Shown: positions 36,246 through 46,939, counted from the stretch's first letter. The stretch is DNA of 64,000 bases from Novosphingobium sp. (GCA_045629505.1 JAZQRJ010000022.1:61942-125941); one strand, 5' to 3'. The notes: generated from the sequence alone by a model not told the origin. Made by a program: numbers and translations.

Positions 36246-37754
36246 TTGGTCGCGCTGGTATCGACCGTCGCCTATCTTGGGCTGGAGGCGCGCGCGGTAG
36301 AAGTGCAGTGCCAGATTGCTGCCGGGATGCCGCGCTTTGGCGTGGTTGGCTTGCCCGACAAGGCCGTGGGCGAAAGCCGGGAGCGGGTGCAGGCCGCGCT
36401 TGCGGCAATGGGACTGGCGCTGCCGCCCAAGCGGATCACGATCAACCTTTCGCCAGCGGACCTGCCGAAAGAAGGTTCGCACTATGACTTGCCCATCGCG
36501 CTGGCTCTGCTGGTGGCAATGGGTGTGTGCGATGCCGAGCAACTGAATGACTATGTCGCAGTGGGCGAACTCGCGCTTGATGGCAGGATCGTGGCGACGC
36601 CAGGCGTACTGCTCGCCGCGCTCCACGCATCGGCGCAGGAGAAGGGGCTGATCTGTTCCGTCACGCAGGGGGCAGAGGCAGGCTGGGCCAGTGGCATTTC
36701 CGTCATCCCCGCGCCCGACCTTGTCAGTCTGCTCAATCACCTGAAAGGCACGCAGGTGCTTTCACCGCCCGCACCTGGCGAGGTGCTGGACCGTATTCAC
36801 GGTCCCGATCTGCGGCAGGTGAAAGGGCAGGAAGTCGCCAAGCGTGCGTTGGAGATCGCGGCCGCCGGCTCGCACAATCTGCTTCTGATCGGGCCGCCAG
36901 GGGCTGGCAAGTCGCTGCTGGCATCCTGCCTGCCCGGTATCTTGCCCGACCTGACCCCGGCCGAAGCGATGGAAGTATCCATGGTGGCTTCTGTCACCGG
37001 CACATTGGAAGGCGGGCGGATCAGCCGCGTGAGACCGTTCCGTGCACCGCATCATTCCGCTTCTATGGCTGCCCTGACTGGCGGCGGATTGAAGGTGAGG
37101 CCCGGAGAGGTTTCTCTAGCACACCTGGGCGTCCTGTTTCTTGACGAGCTGCCGGAGTTTCAGCGCGCAGTGCTTGATTCCCTGCGTCAGCCGCTGGAGA
37201 CAGGGCACGTTAGTGTCGCGCGAGCCAACGCGCATGTGACGTTTCCGGCAAATGTGCAGCTTGTGGCTGCGATGAACCCGTGTCGCTGCGGTCATCTTGG
37301 TGATCCGGCGCTGGCGTGTTCACGCGCACCGAAATGCGCGGCTGACTATCAGTCCAAGGTTTCCGGTCCGCTGCTGGATCGGATCGATCTGCATGTAGAA
37401 GTCGATCCCGTCAGCGCGATGGATATGGCTCTGCCTCCGCCCGCAGAAGGTTCTGCAGAAGTCGCTGCTCGGGTAGCACGGGCGCGGGATATTCAGTCGG
37501 CGCGGGCCGAAGCATCAGGCGCGCGTACCAACGCCCAGCTTGAAGGCGAGGCGCTTGAAAGGTTTGCGACGTCTGATGAGGCGGGGCGGGCATTGCTCCT
37601 TCAAGCGGCTGACGCAATGCGCCTTTCCGCGCGTGGCTATACACGTATGCTGCGGGTCGCACGCACGGTGGCCGATTTGGCAGGGGCGGAAACGGTTGGT
37701 CGCATTCACGTGGCCGAGGCTTTATCGTACCGGCGGGAAGCCCCCAGGGCTTAA
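36246..37754 (+). CDS. comM: YifB/ComM Mg-chelatase-like AAA+ ATPase
   Basis: VGLPDKAV.ESRERV, NLSPADLPKEGSHYDL, GPPGAGKS, PHHSAS, LSARGY.R.LRVART. Confidence 0.92.
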   Translation: MVALVSTVAYLGLEARAVEVQCQIAAGMPRFGVVGLPDKAVGESRERVQAALAAMGLALPPKRITINLSPADLPKEGSHYDLPIALALLVAMGVCDAEQLNDYVAVGELALDGRIVATPGVLLAALHASAQEKGLICSVTQGAEAGWASGISVIPAPDLVSLLNHLKGTQVLSPPAPGEVLDRIHGPDLRQVKGQEVAKRALEIAAAGSHNLLLIGPPGAGKSLLASCLPGILPDLTPAEAMEVSMVASVTGTLEGGRISRVRPFRAPHHSASMAALTGGGLKVRPGEVSLAHLGVLFLDELPEFQRAVLDSLRQPLETGHVSVARANAHVTFPANVQLVAAMNPCRCGHLGDPALACSRAPKCAADYQSKVSGPLLDRIDLHVEVDPVSAMDMALPPPAEGSAEVAARVARARDIQSARAEASGARTNAQLEGEALERFATSDEAGRALLLQAADAMRLSARGYTRMLRVARTVADLAGAETVGRIHVAEALSYRREAPRA

Positions 37755-38542
37755 TCCTGAGTATCAAGCTGGCGCAGTACTTGGGCGACGACTTCAGGGC
37801 ATCCGGCAAAACCCAGATGCGTGCAGCGCAGTGCCACCGCCCGGTCCCGCTCATGCGGCCAGCCCGCGGCACAGCGGGGGCGGACTATGCCATCACGCGG
37901 GCTCCATAGCGCGATGGTCTGCACCGGGGGCTTCGCGCCTTCGCTGCGTTCAATAGGTGGGTCGTCAACTGCCCGTCCCGTAATGAACTGATAGGCCCGC
38001 CAAGCATTGTTGGACCTGGGATTGCCAGAAAATGGCGTGCCCATGGTGATGATCCGCGATACGTGTTCCGGTTGGCGGCAGGCAATTTCCCGCGCCAACA
38101 GGCCGCCCAAGCTCCATCCGACTAGCGTGATCGGGGCGCCACGGCTGCTTGAAAGGCTGGCGACCCGGCGCATCAGGAAGTCGAAGTTATCGGGTGTCGG
38201 GCCAAGATTGAAGCCGAGGCCCCAGCCAGCTACCTCATGGCCGGCGCGCTCCAGTGCGTCATAGAGCGGGTGCATTCGTCGGGGATGCGCGGCAAAGCCG
38301 GGAAGTAGCATTACGGCCTGAGGATTACGGGCTTGCGGAACCGAGGCGATCTTGCCGCGATAGCGTGGCAAGCTGCCAACTTCTCCAACCAGCAGACGTA
38401 CAGGCGGACCAGATATGCCAGCCGGCCCGGGTCGACGAGCCAGCCGGGTGCGGCGCGAGATTTCGGCGAAAGGTCGTCCCGCGCACACGAGCAGATTGGT
38501 GATCGCACTACGCGTGCTTTCAATAGGACTCGTTCTGCGCAT
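37751..38542 (-). CDS. Alpha/beta hydrolase (esterase/lipase-like); start uncertain
   Basis: LLPGF, LVGWSLGG, ITMGTPF, SPRDGIV, CTHLG. Confidence 0.85.
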   Translation of the reverse strand: MRRTSPIESTRSAITNLLVCAGRPFAEISRRTRLARRPGPAGISGPPVRLLVGEVGSLPRYRGKIASVPQARNPQAVMLLPGFAAHPRRMHPLYDALERAGHEVAGWGLGFNLGPTPDNFDFLMRRVASLSSSRGAPITLVGWSLGGLLAREIACRQPEHVSRIITMGTPFSGNPRSNNAWRAYQFITGRAVDDPPIERSEGAKPPVQTIALWSPRDGIVRPRCAAGWPHERDRAVALRCTHLGFAGCPEVVAQVLRQLDTQD

Positions 38543-38603
38543 GTCCCGCCTTTCCGAATCAGAGGTGAGTAAGATGTCGCGAGTTTTGAAAACGGCGTCT
38601 GTG

Positions 38604-38629
38604 TAGCGCTGCTATATAGCGCTGCTATA
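38604..38629. repeat. Perfect 13-bp tandem direct repeat
   Basis: TAGCGCTGCTATA x2. Confidence 0.9.
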
Positions 38630-38676
38630 GCGTGCATTAATGAGTTACGCGACCTGAACCGGAATTGAAGGCGCTG

Positions 38677-39219
38677 TTACTTAGGGCAATCGCCGGTGCG
38701 TTTCGTCGACATCTTCATGCCGATCACGGTGCGGCCCAAGGTCGATTCCGAGTTGGTCGAATCAATCTCAACGGTGATGTCGGAGCCTTCCGAACTTACT
38801 TTGCCGTTGAGCTTGATCGTGCCCTGGCCTTCCGCTGGACTGTCGCATTTCATCACCGCATCCAGCGTGCCGCCCGAGACGTTGAAGCGATCATACTTGC
38901 ACTGGCCGTCCCGGCTGACTTCCCGGAACATTTCCTGATATCCCTCGTCCGCCATTTGATCGGTGAGGCAGAATGACGTGGCCTGCTGTTGCCCCAGCGT
39001 TGCCTGCATTTGCTTGGCCATCTCGGGCGGAGCATCAGCCATTTCAAACTTCGTGATCTTCATCGACTGGGTATATTGGCCAGGCTTCGGGCGATCGAGT
39101 TTGGCAGCTTCCTGCTTTGCCTCTTCCATCGTCTTGGGGCCATCGTCAGCCTTGCCGCAGCCAGCCAAGGCCAAACCCGCTATTGCAACAGCTGCGAGCC
39201 CGAATCTCATCGTCTGCAT
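38677..39219 (-). CDS. DUF3617-like lipoprotein
   Basis: Lipobox LAGC; KPGQY; C...C...MKC...RTGDC disulfide pattern. Confidence 0.7.
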   Translation of the reverse strand: MQTMRFGLAAVAIAGLALAGCGKADDGPKTMEEAKQEAAKLDRPKPGQYTQSMKITKFEMADAPPEMAKQMQATLGQQQATSFCLTDQMADEGYQEMFREVSRDGQCKYDRFNVSGGTLDAVMKCDSPAEGQGTIKLNGKVSSEGSDITVEIDSTNSESTLGRTVIGMKMSTKRTGDCPK

Positions 39220-39322
39220 GGCAATCCCCCCAGTATGATTATGATGTTTGAGGCTACCGGTGCCTATCCGGCTCGCCAAGGATTTATTGCGGTGTGACTA
39301 ACCACCCCCCATATCCATCCGC

Positions 39323-41509
39323 ATGGCCGAACTTGTAATCCGTCGCGGACTGGAAGAGCCCGATACTTCGGGAACTTTCACTCCCCACAAACCTGCGCGT
39401 CCCGAAAAGTCCGATGGCGGCAAGCCGTTTCGGATCGTTTCGGATTATGAACCGGCGGGAGATCAGCCGCAGGCGATTGCCGAACTGGTTGAGGCAGCGC
39501 GCGATGGTGAGCGTACGCAACTGCTGTTGGGCGTGACGGGCTCGGGCAAGACATTCACAATGGCCAAGGTGATTGAGGAACTGCAGCGTCCGGCCCTGGT
39601 CCTTGCTCCTAACAAGATTCTTGCTGCGCAACTTTACGGCGAATTCAAGGACTTCTTCCCTGACAACGCGGTGGAATATTTCGTCAGTTACTACGACTAT
39701 TACCAGCCCGAAGCATACGTACCGCGCAGCGACACTTACATCGAGAAGGAAAGCTCGGTGAATGAGGCGATTGACCGGATGCGTCACTCTGCCACGCGCG
39801 CCCTGCTGGAACGCGATGACGTGATTATCGTCGCATCGGTTTCATGCCTTTACGGTATCGGGTCGGTCGAAACCTATTCTGCAATGATCTTCGACCTGAA
39901 GGTGGGCGAAACGCAGGATCAGCGGGAGATCATCCGCAAGCTCGTCGCCTTGCAATACAAGCGTAATGACCATGCCTTCGCCCGCGGCAATTTCAGGGTT
40001 CGGGGGGACAGTCTTGAAATCTACCCCTCCCACTACGAGGACATGGCCTGGCGCATCAGTTTCTTCGGCGACGAGATAGAAGAGATCAGCGAGTTCGATC
40101 CCCTCACCGGGGCAAAGGGCGCCAGTCTCGATAAAGTGCGCGTGTACGCCAATTCGCACTACGTCACTCCCGGCCCCACGATGAAGCAGGCGGCAGAGGC
40201 GATCAGGTTCGAACTGACCGAACGGCTGAAGGAGTTGGAAGCGGAAGGCCGCTTGCTGGAGGCGCAGCGGCTGGAACAGCGCACCAACTTCGATCTGGAG
40301 ATGATCGCAGCCACCGGCAGTTGCGCAGGGATCGAGAACTATTCACGCTTCCTGACCGGCCGTCTGCCCGGTGAGCCGCCGCCAACCCTGTTTGAATACC
40401 TGCCGGAAAATGCCCTGCTGTTCGTCGATGAAAGTCATCAGACGGTGCCGCAAATCGGGGCTATGGCGAAGGGCGATCACCGCCGAAAGATTACATTGGC
40501 GGAATATGGATTCCGCCTGCCGTCGTGCATCGACAACCGCCCGCTGCGTTTCAATGAATGGGACGCGATGCGCCCGCAGACGTTCGCTGTTTCGGCGACC
40601 CCGGGCCATTGGGAGATGGAGCAAACCGGCGGCACCTTTGCTGAGCAGGTGATCCGTCCGACGGGCCTGATCGATCCGCCTGTAACCATTCGGCCTGTCG
40701 AGGATCAGGTGCAGGATTGCATCAACGAATGCCTTGAAACCGCGAAGATGGGTTATCGCACGCTGGTAACCACGTTGACCAAACGCATGGCTGAGGATTT
40801 GACCGAGTTCATGCACGAGGCTGGCGTGAAGGTGCGCTACATGCATTCTGACGTCGAGACTCTTGAACGCATTGAGCTGATCCGCGATCTGCGCATGGGC
40901 GTTTATGACGTGCTGATAGGCATCAACCTGTTGCGAGAGGGATTGGACATTCCCGAATGCGGGCTGGTCTGCATCCTTGATGCCGACAAGGAAGGGTTCC
41001 TGCGTTCAGAAACGTCCTTGATCCAGACCATCGGGCGCGCCGCGCGAAACGTGGACGGCCGGGTGATCCTCTATGCCGATCGCATTACAGGTTCGATGGA
41101 GCGGGCCATGGCGGAAACCGACCGCCGCCGGGCGAAGCAGGAAGCCTATAATGCTGAGCACAGCATTACTCCGCAGACGATCAAGCGGCGCATTGCCGAT
41201 ATCGTGGCTCATACCGCCAGCCAGGATGGCGTGACCGTGGAGATCGATGCGGACGGCGCAAACAATCTCGTCGGCCACAACCTGCGCGCTTACATCGAAG
41301 ATCTGGAAAAGAAGATGCGCGCTGCCGCAGCCGATCTGGAATTTGAGGAAGCGGGTCGCCTTCGTGACGAAATCCGCAGGCTGGAGGCCGATGAGCTGGG
41401 TTTGCCCGAAGGAGAGCGCAAGGCACCCCGCGTGGGCCGCAGTAACGAAGGCAAGCCCGGCACTCGCAAGATGCGTTACGGCAAGACGCAGCGCAAATTC
41501 GGGCGCTGA
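39323..41509 (+). CDS. uvrB: Excinuclease ABC subunit B
   Basis: [43 protein letters not shown]. Confidence 0.98.
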   Translation: MAELVIRRGLEEPDTSGTFTPHKPARPEKSDGGKPFRIVSDYEPAGDQPQAIAELVEAARDGERTQLLLGVTGSGKTFTMAKVIEELQRPALVLAPNKILAAQLYGEFKDFFPDNAVEYFVSYYDYYQPEAYVPRSDTYIEKESSVNEAIDRMRHSATRALLERDDVIIVASVSCLYGIGSVETYSAMIFDLKVGETQDQREIIRKLVALQYKRNDHAFARGNFRVRGDSLEIYPSHYEDMAWRISFFGDEIEEISEFDPLTGAKGASLDKVRVYANSHYVTPGPTMKQAAEAIRFELTERLKELEAEGRLLEAQRLEQRTNFDLEMIAATGSCAGIENYSRFLTGRLPGEPPPTLFEYLPENALLFVDESHQTVPQIGAMAKGDHRRKITLAEYGFRLPSCIDNRPLRFNEWDAMRPQTFAVSATPGHWEMEQTGGTFAEQVIRPTGLIDPPVTIRPVEDQVQDCINECLETAKMGYRTLVTTLTKRMAEDLTEFMHEAGVKVRYMHSDVETLERIELIRDLRMGVYDVLIGINLLREGLDIPECGLVCILDADKEGFLRSETSLIQTIGRAARNVDGRVILYADRITGSMERAMAETDRRRAKQEAYNAEHSITPQTIKRRIADIVAHTASQDGVTVEIDADGANNLVGHNLRAYIEDLEKKMRAAAADLEFEEAGRLRDEIRRLEADELGLPEGERKAPRVGRSNEGKPGTRKMRYGKTQRKFGR

Positions 41510-41518
41510 TACTCTCGG

Positions 41519-42121
41519 CTAACCCTTGAAGGTAGGACGGCGTGGCGGTGCGACGTCACTAACAAAGTCCAGCGCCTTCCACTCTGCATCTGGTGTTTCA
41601 ACGCCGGCAATCGGTGCGTGCCGTGCGGCCTGCCCGTTCTCCAGGTCGGGGATATAGCGTGGGCAATTGGCGAATATCGCCTCTGCTTGCACCCGCACGA
41701 TCAATTGCGCGCCGACTGTTTTGCCAAGGAGGGGGTCGTTGCGGTCGATCGACATCGTGCCGTTAACGCGCAGCCGCTGTGGTTTGTTATTCATGGCAAT
41801 GAACAGCAGCCCGACTTGGGGGTTTTCAAGCATGTTGCCCAAGCTTTTGAACATGCCGTTGCCGTCATAGTCCGGAAAGGCCAACTCTGTGGGGCCTGTT
41901 ACGAGTACGAAGCCGGGGGCACCGCCCTTGAAAGAACAATCCGGCCGTCCCGTCGCATCTGCCGTAGCGAGGAAGAAGAATGGTAGGCCTGCGATGAAAT
42001 CGCGATCAGCATCGGTGAATTCGTGTCGGGTGAACTGCGCCAGTCGATCAGCCAGCGCTCGGCTGCCGAACTCATCCTGCAATTGCCGGTTGCCAGCGTT
42101 GTAGAAGGGGGATGGCATCAT
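41519..42121 (-). CDS. Pyridoxamine 5'-phosphate oxidase-like (split-barrel flavin-binding) protein
   Basis: FFFLATAD..GRPDCSFKGG.PGF, FPDYDGNG, LRVNG, NCPRYIP. Confidence 0.85.
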   Translation of the reverse strand: MMPSPFYNAGNRQLQDEFGSRALADRLAQFTRHEFTDADRDFIAGLPFFFLATADATGRPDCSFKGGAPGFVLVTGPTELAFPDYDGNGMFKSLGNMLENPQVGLLFIAMNNKPQRLRVNGTMSIDRNDPLLGKTVGAQLIVRVQAEAIFANCPRYIPDLENGQAARHAPIAGVETPDAEWKALDFVSDVAPPRRPTFKG

Positions 42122-42259
42122 AGTTATGTTCTCTTAGGCCGTGGCGTTAGGCTTGATCGATACTGACCAAGCAAGTCCGCGGTAAGGAGTTGTCCGAATC
42201 ACATTCTTCCTGAACATGCCGTCCCAACAAGAATATCGAAGTCGGAGGGGATGAACAGA

Positions 42260-42649
42260 ATGAGCGAACAGTCCGAAATTGCCGCGCATGAAGCGCTGTA
42301 TGATACTTATTTCAGCACATGGAATCGCAAGGACATTGATGCGCTTGCCGATCTCTTCGCCTTCCCGGCAATTGTTGGCGGGGGTGGCCGTGCGCCGGCG
42401 ACGATACCGGATGCCGCGTCTTATCGCGCGCGGATGCAGATGCTGCTCGTTGATCTCGAATCGCGCGGGTGGGCCATTTCGATCCTTGATGAAATGCATG
42501 TCGGCCTGATGGCGGGTGACACCGGTGTTATCACGATACGCTATCACCGCGATCGGGCCGATGGCTCACTGATCGAGGCCGGAACCTCCAGCTATCTGAC
42601 GCGCAAGATCGACGGGGCGTGGAAAATCGTCGGTATGCTCGCTCCGTAA
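42260..42649 (+). CDS. NTF2-like protein
   Basis: GGAGGGG RBS; YFSTWN..D.DAL, YL..KIDGAWKIV. Confidence 0.7.
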   Translation: MSEQSEIAAHEALYDTYFSTWNRKDIDALADLFAFPAIVGGGGRAPATIPDAASYRARMQMLLVDLESRGWAISILDEMHVGLMAGDTGVITIRYHRDRADGSLIEAGTSSYLTRKIDGAWKIVGMLAP

Positions 42650-42747
42650 GGCAAACATGCCTTCCGCAAGCTTAACCTTTTTCGTCAATGTTTGCGCAAC
42701 CGTCCTTGATGTCCATTCGGCAATAAGCGCGCGCGCATATTGCGCTT

Positions 42748-43494
42748 ATGCGCATCTTCGCCGCCATTGCTGCTTTCTCTCTGGGCTTTGCTGCTCAGCC
42801 GCTGGTGGCGCAGGAAATCACCTATGAAGCCGTCCTTTATGAGGATGTAGAGGTTACTTTCACCCTCGCTTCGGAAGTAAGCGGGGCCCGCTTCGTATCG
42901 GGCAAGCCAGAGAGTTTGCCGCGGGGTAACGCTGCCTTCGGACCGTTCCGGGTGCTTGATAGTGAGCGTGCGGCACTCGTCGACTTGACGGACCGCCGTT
43001 CGCCAGCCGCATTCGAATCGATGATGCGCTCTCACCCGGATATTCGCATACTTGAAATGCTGGAGTGTCCCGGCACCGAGGATGACCTTGCCAATCTGCG
43101 GTTGGGTCGGATGATTCGTGCTGCCGGGATTGTCACTTACGTGCCTGCTGGCGGATCTGTGCGGTCTGGAGGTGTGGAATTGTTCCTTGCTGGCGCAAGG
43201 CGTTATGCCGATCCTGAAGCGGAATTTGCCGTACATGCGTGGATTGACGGGGAAGGGCGGGAAGCGGACGATTTCGCCGCCTCAGCCCCGGAAAACCGCA
43301 AATATCTGGACTATTACCGCCAGATGGGCTTGAGCGACTCCGAGGCGCGCGCTTTCTATGCTATGACCAATTCTGTTCCCTTTTCCGATGCCTTGTGGTT
43401 TGATGGCGCGGAAATGGCTCGCTGGGTCCGTCTGGACCGTTTCGAGGAGCCGAAAGCGCTGGCGCGCCTTGACTTGCGGGCAGGCCTTCATTAA
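42748..43494 (+). CDS. Exported protein with ClpP/crotonase-like segment
   Basis: Signal peptide; CPGT..D.AN.RLGRMIR, RSGGVELFLAG..R, FAVHAW. Confidence 0.6.
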   Translation: MRIFAAIAAFSLGFAAQPLVAQEITYEAVLYEDVEVTFTLASEVSGARFVSGKPESLPRGNAAFGPFRVLDSERAALVDLTDRRSPAAFESMMRSHPDIRILEMLECPGTEDDLANLRLGRMIRAAGIVTYVPAGGSVRSGGVELFLAGARRYADPEAEFAVHAWIDGEGREADDFAASAPENRKYLDYYRQMGLSDSEARAFYAMTNSVPFSDALWFDGAEMARWVRLDRFEEPKALARLDLRAGLH

Positions 43495-43585
43495 CGGCGC
43501 TGGCTTGATAGACGGTCGCTTTTGCAGAGGCGGCCGCTTTTTAATTCGCGCCCGGCAACGGCGCACATGATATTCGAGGTTTGCA

Positions 43586-43720
43586 ATGAAGCGCACTTTC
43601 CAGCCCAGCCGCCTTGTCCGCAAGCGCCGCCATGGCTTTCGCGCCCGTAAGGCGACTCCCGGCGGCCGCAAGGTTCTTGCTGCTCGTCGCGCTCGCGGTC
43701 GCAAGAAACTTTCGGCCTGA
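43586..43720 (+). CDS. rpmH: 50S ribosomal protein L34 (not in the ORF track)
   Basis: [44 protein letters not shown]. Confidence 0.98.
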   Translation: MKRTFQPSRLVRKRRHGFRARKATPGGRKVLAARRARGRKKLSA

Positions 43721-43831
43721 TTTACGGCGTAACGTTCGGGTGGGGCCATTCGGCCCTCCTGCTCCGAATCTGATTCGGGGCGCGGTCTTGCTTGCGGACC
43801 CAGCGCGGTCCGCATTAGTATTTCGGCCGCT

Positions 43832-44218
43832 ATGACATCCAGCCTTTCCACGCTTACCCGGCGCGCTGATTTTGTTGCTGCCAACAGCGGTCTGCGCGTT
43901 GCGCGGCCAGGGTTCGTGCTGCTGGCCAAGCCGAATCAAGGCCAGGGCAAGCGTTTCGGCATCACCGTAACCAAGCGCATCGGCAATGCCGTGGTTCGCA
44001 ACCGCATGAAGCGGCGGTTCCGCGCGCTGGTGCGCGAAGTGCTTCCGGCACACGGGCTTGCCGATACCGATCACGTGTTGATTGGCCGTGAAGGCGGGAT
44101 TGAGCGCGATTTTGTCCGCTTGCGGGATGAACTTGTTGCCGCGCTGGAACGCGCTCGCGATGGCAAGGGTGATCCCCCGCGAAAGCGTCGCAATGTGCCG
44201 AATCGAGCCCGGCCATGA
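43832..44218 (+). CDS. rnpA: RNase P protein component
   Basis: RFGITVTKRIGNAVVRNRMKRR. Confidence 0.96.
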   Translation: MTSSLSTLTRRADFVAANSGLRVARPGFVLLAKPNQGQGKRFGITVTKRIGNAVVRNRMKRRFRALVREVLPAHGLADTDHVLIGREGGIERDFVRLRDELVAALERARDGKGDPPRKRRNVPNRARP

Positions 44219-44442
44219 AACGAGTGCTCATCCTGATTGCCCGGTTCTGGCAGCTTGGCCCTTCGCGCATTTTGCCGCCCACTTGCCGTTACATGCCCTC
44301 TTGCTCCCAATACGCGATAGAGGCACTGGAAAAACATGGTGCGATTAAGGGTGGCTGGCTGGCGGCGAAGCGGTTATTGCGCTGCCATCCCTGGGGAGGA
44401 CACGGCTATGATCCCGTTCCGGACCAGATCAGACGCCGATAG
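44215..44442 (+). CDS. yidD: Membrane protein insertion efficiency factor
   Basis: PTCRYMPSCSQYAIEA...RLLRCHPWGGHGYDPVP. Confidence 0.96.
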   Translation: MKRVLILIARFWQLGPSRILPPTCRYMPSCSQYAIEALEKHGAIKGGWLAAKRLLRCHPWGGHGYDPVPDQIRRR

Positions 44443-44482
44443 CGGGCAACCGCTTCTGACGGAATGACGATAGGACGCCTTC

Positions 44483-46249
44483 TTGGAAAATCAGCGTAAC
44501 ATCCTGTTTGCGGTTGTGCTTACCGCGCTCGTGCTCTTCGGTTGGGAGGCCGGGCTCGGCTATCTCTATCCCAAGCCTGCTGCTCCGGTGCAGCAAACCG
44601 CTGCCTCAAGCGCTGCCGCAGATGACGGCAAGCCCACGCGAGAAGGCGGATTGCGCAATCAGGCAGCGATTGCTGCGGAAAAGCGCGATCTGAAGACGGC
44701 GCTGGCTGCAGGCGACCGTATTCCGATCGAAGCGCCTGGCCTGTCCGGCTCAATCAACCTCCACGGCGGTGTGATCGACGATCTTACGCTCAACCGGTAT
44801 AAGGAAACGCTGGCCAAGGATTCTAGCCCGGTCCGCATCTTCTCGCCGGCTGGTACTCCGGCAGAACATTATGCACGGTTTGGCTGGGTGGGTAGCGGCA
44901 CGATTGCCCCCGCAATTGATTCGAATGTGGTGTGGTCTGCACCTGAAGGTGCGAAGCTGACGCCGGAAACTCCCGTTACGCTGACCTGGACAAATCAGAC
45001 CGGCCAGACGTTCTATCTCACCTACTCGATCGACAAGAATTACCTGATCACCGTCAAGCAGAAGGTGGTGAACAAGGGCAATGCTCCGGTTGTCGTGCAA
45101 CCGTTTGGGGTGATCAACCGCACCAGTCGTACGGCCAGCCTTGATACCTGGAACGTTCACTCTGGACCGATCAGTGCTGCTGACGGGTCGGTGAACTTCG
45201 GGCCTGATTACGATGACCTGACCGAAACGGGCAAGGTTGATGTCGCAGGTCGGGCCGGATGGGCGGGCTTTACCGATATTTACTGGATGTCTGCCCTGGC
45301 GCCGGTGAAAAGCCGGGCAGAGGACACGTTCCGTTCATTGGGTAACGATTTGTACCGCGCGGACCTGCTTTATGGGCAGACTGTCGTAAATCCGGGCAAG
45401 CAACTGGAAACGGATACCAAGCTGTTTGCCGGTGCCAAGGAATACAGCGTTCTCAATCGCTATGAAAAAGAAGGTATCGAGAAGTTCGGCACCGCGATCG
45501 ACTGGGGCTGGTTCAGCTGGTTTGTGAAGCCGATCTTCGCGCTTCTGCTCAAGCTGTTTGAACTGGTGGGCAACTTCGGCGTGGCGATCATCCTGCTGAC
45601 GATCATCATCCGCGGTATCCTGTTCCCCATCGCGCAGAAGCAGTTCGCCAGCATGGCGCAAATGCGCGCAGTGCAGCCGAAGATGAAGGCGATCCAGGAA
45701 CGCTATAAGGATGATAAGCCGCGGCAGCAGCAGGAGATCATGAAACTGTACAAGGATGAAGGGGTCAATCCGCTGGCCGGATGTCTGCCTATCTTCCTGC
45801 AGATTCCCATCTTCTTCGCGCTTTATAAGACGTTGTTGCTGACAATCGAAATGCGGCATCAGCCGTTCGTGCTGTGGATCAAGGACTTGTCCGCGCCGGA
45901 TCCACTGCACATCCTGAACCTGTTCGGTCTGCTGCCATTCACTCCGCCTTCATTCCTTGCCATTGGCATTCTGGCGCTGCTGCTGGGCATCACGATGTGG
46001 CTTCAGTTCAAGCTGAACCCTGCGCAGATGGATCCGATTCAACAGCAGATGTTCATGATCATGCCCTGGGTGATGATGTTCATCATGGCTCCGTTTGCGG
46101 CGGGTCTGCTGCTCTACTGGATTACATCCAACCTCCTGACCATCGGCCAGCAGTGGTACCTCTATTCCAAGCACCCCCAGCTTAAGGCGCAGGCTGAGCA
46201 GGAGGCTGCTGAAAAGAAGCGTGCGGAAACAGAAAAGGATACGCGGTGA
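44483..46249 (+). CDS. yidC: Membrane protein insertase
   Basis: IDWGWF, GNFGVAIILLT, NPLAGCLP, WIKDLSAPDP, GLLLYWITSN. Confidence 0.97.
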   Translation: MENQRNILFAVVLTALVLFGWEAGLGYLYPKPAAPVQQTAASSAAADDGKPTREGGLRNQAAIAAEKRDLKTALAAGDRIPIEAPGLSGSINLHGGVIDDLTLNRYKETLAKDSSPVRIFSPAGTPAEHYARFGWVGSGTIAPAIDSNVVWSAPEGAKLTPETPVTLTWTNQTGQTFYLTYSIDKNYLITVKQKVVNKGNAPVVVQPFGVINRTSRTASLDTWNVHSGPISAADGSVNFGPDYDDLTETGKVDVAGRAGWAGFTDIYWMSALAPVKSRAEDTFRSLGNDLYRADLLYGQTVVNPGKQLETDTKLFAGAKEYSVLNRYEKEGIEKFGTAIDWGWFSWFVKPIFALLLKLFELVGNFGVAIILLTIIIRGILFPIAQKQFASMAQMRAVQPKMKAIQERYKDDKPRQQQEIMKLYKDEGVNPLAGCLPIFLQIPIFFALYKTLLLTIEMRHQPFVLWIKDLSAPDPLHILNLFGLLPFTPPSFLAIGILALLLGITMWLQFKLNPAQMDPIQQQMFMIMPWVMMFIMAPFAAGLLLYWITSNLLTIGQQWYLYSKHPQLKAQAEQEAAEKKRAETEKDTR

Positions 46250-46902
46250 ACTCGGCTGAAGATGATGCGGCGCAGGCGGAATACGAAGCCCGCGCCGCCA
46301 AGCTGTTTTCGGGGCCGGTCACGTTCCTGAAGAGCGCTCCTGCGCTTAAATTCCTGCCCGACCCAGATGTGCCGGAAGTGGCGTTCTGCGGGCGGTCCAA
46401 CGTCGGAAAATCGTCGTTGCTGAATGCTGTGACCGGCAGGAAGGCAATTGCGCGTACGTCAGTTACACCGGGCCGAACGCAAGAGCTGAACTTTTTCGAC
46501 GTGGGTGATCCGCCGCAGTTCCGGCTAGTGGACATGCCCGGCTATGGCTTTGCCAAGGCGCCGGTCCAAACAGTCGAGACATGGCGGCGGCTGGTGCGTG
46601 ATTTCCTGCGCGGGCGCGTGGTGTTGAGGCGTACGCTGCTGCTGATCGACGCGCGCCATGGTATCAAGCCGGTGGATGCCGAGATGATGAAGATGCTGGA
46701 CGAGGCAGCCGTCGGCTATCGCGTGGTGCTGACCAAGTCGGACAAGGTAAAGGCCAGCGAGCTGGAGCAGACGGTGGAAAATACCATTGCCGAAGCGCGC
46801 AAGCATTCCGCTGCCTTCCCCGTAATTCACGTCACTTCTTCGGAAACCGGCCTTGGGATTGCGGAGCTCCGCGGCGTGGTTCTGCAAGACTGGGAAACGT
46901 GA
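46246..46902 (+). CDS. yihA: Ribosome biogenesis GTPase EngB/YihA
   Basis: GRSNVGKSS, PGRTQ, DMPGYG, TKSD. Confidence 0.96.
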   Translation: MNSAEDDAAQAEYEARAAKLFSGPVTFLKSAPALKFLPDPDVPEVAFCGRSNVGKSSLLNAVTGRKAIARTSVTPGRTQELNFFDVGDPPQFRLVDMPGYGFAKAPVQTVETWRRLVRDFLRGRVVLRRTLLLIDARHGIKPVDAEMMKMLDEAAVGYRVVLTKSDKVKASELEQTVENTIAEARKHSAAFPVIHVTSSETGLGIAELRGVVLQDWET

Positions 46903-46939
46903 TTCCTCGCTTGAGGAGCGTCAACTTATCGCAAATCCG

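Noticed and set aside
38532-38546. LexA-like GTTC-N7-GTCC
   Set aside because: One mismatch, overlaps a hydrolase start, and is not upstream of a known SOS gene; likely chance
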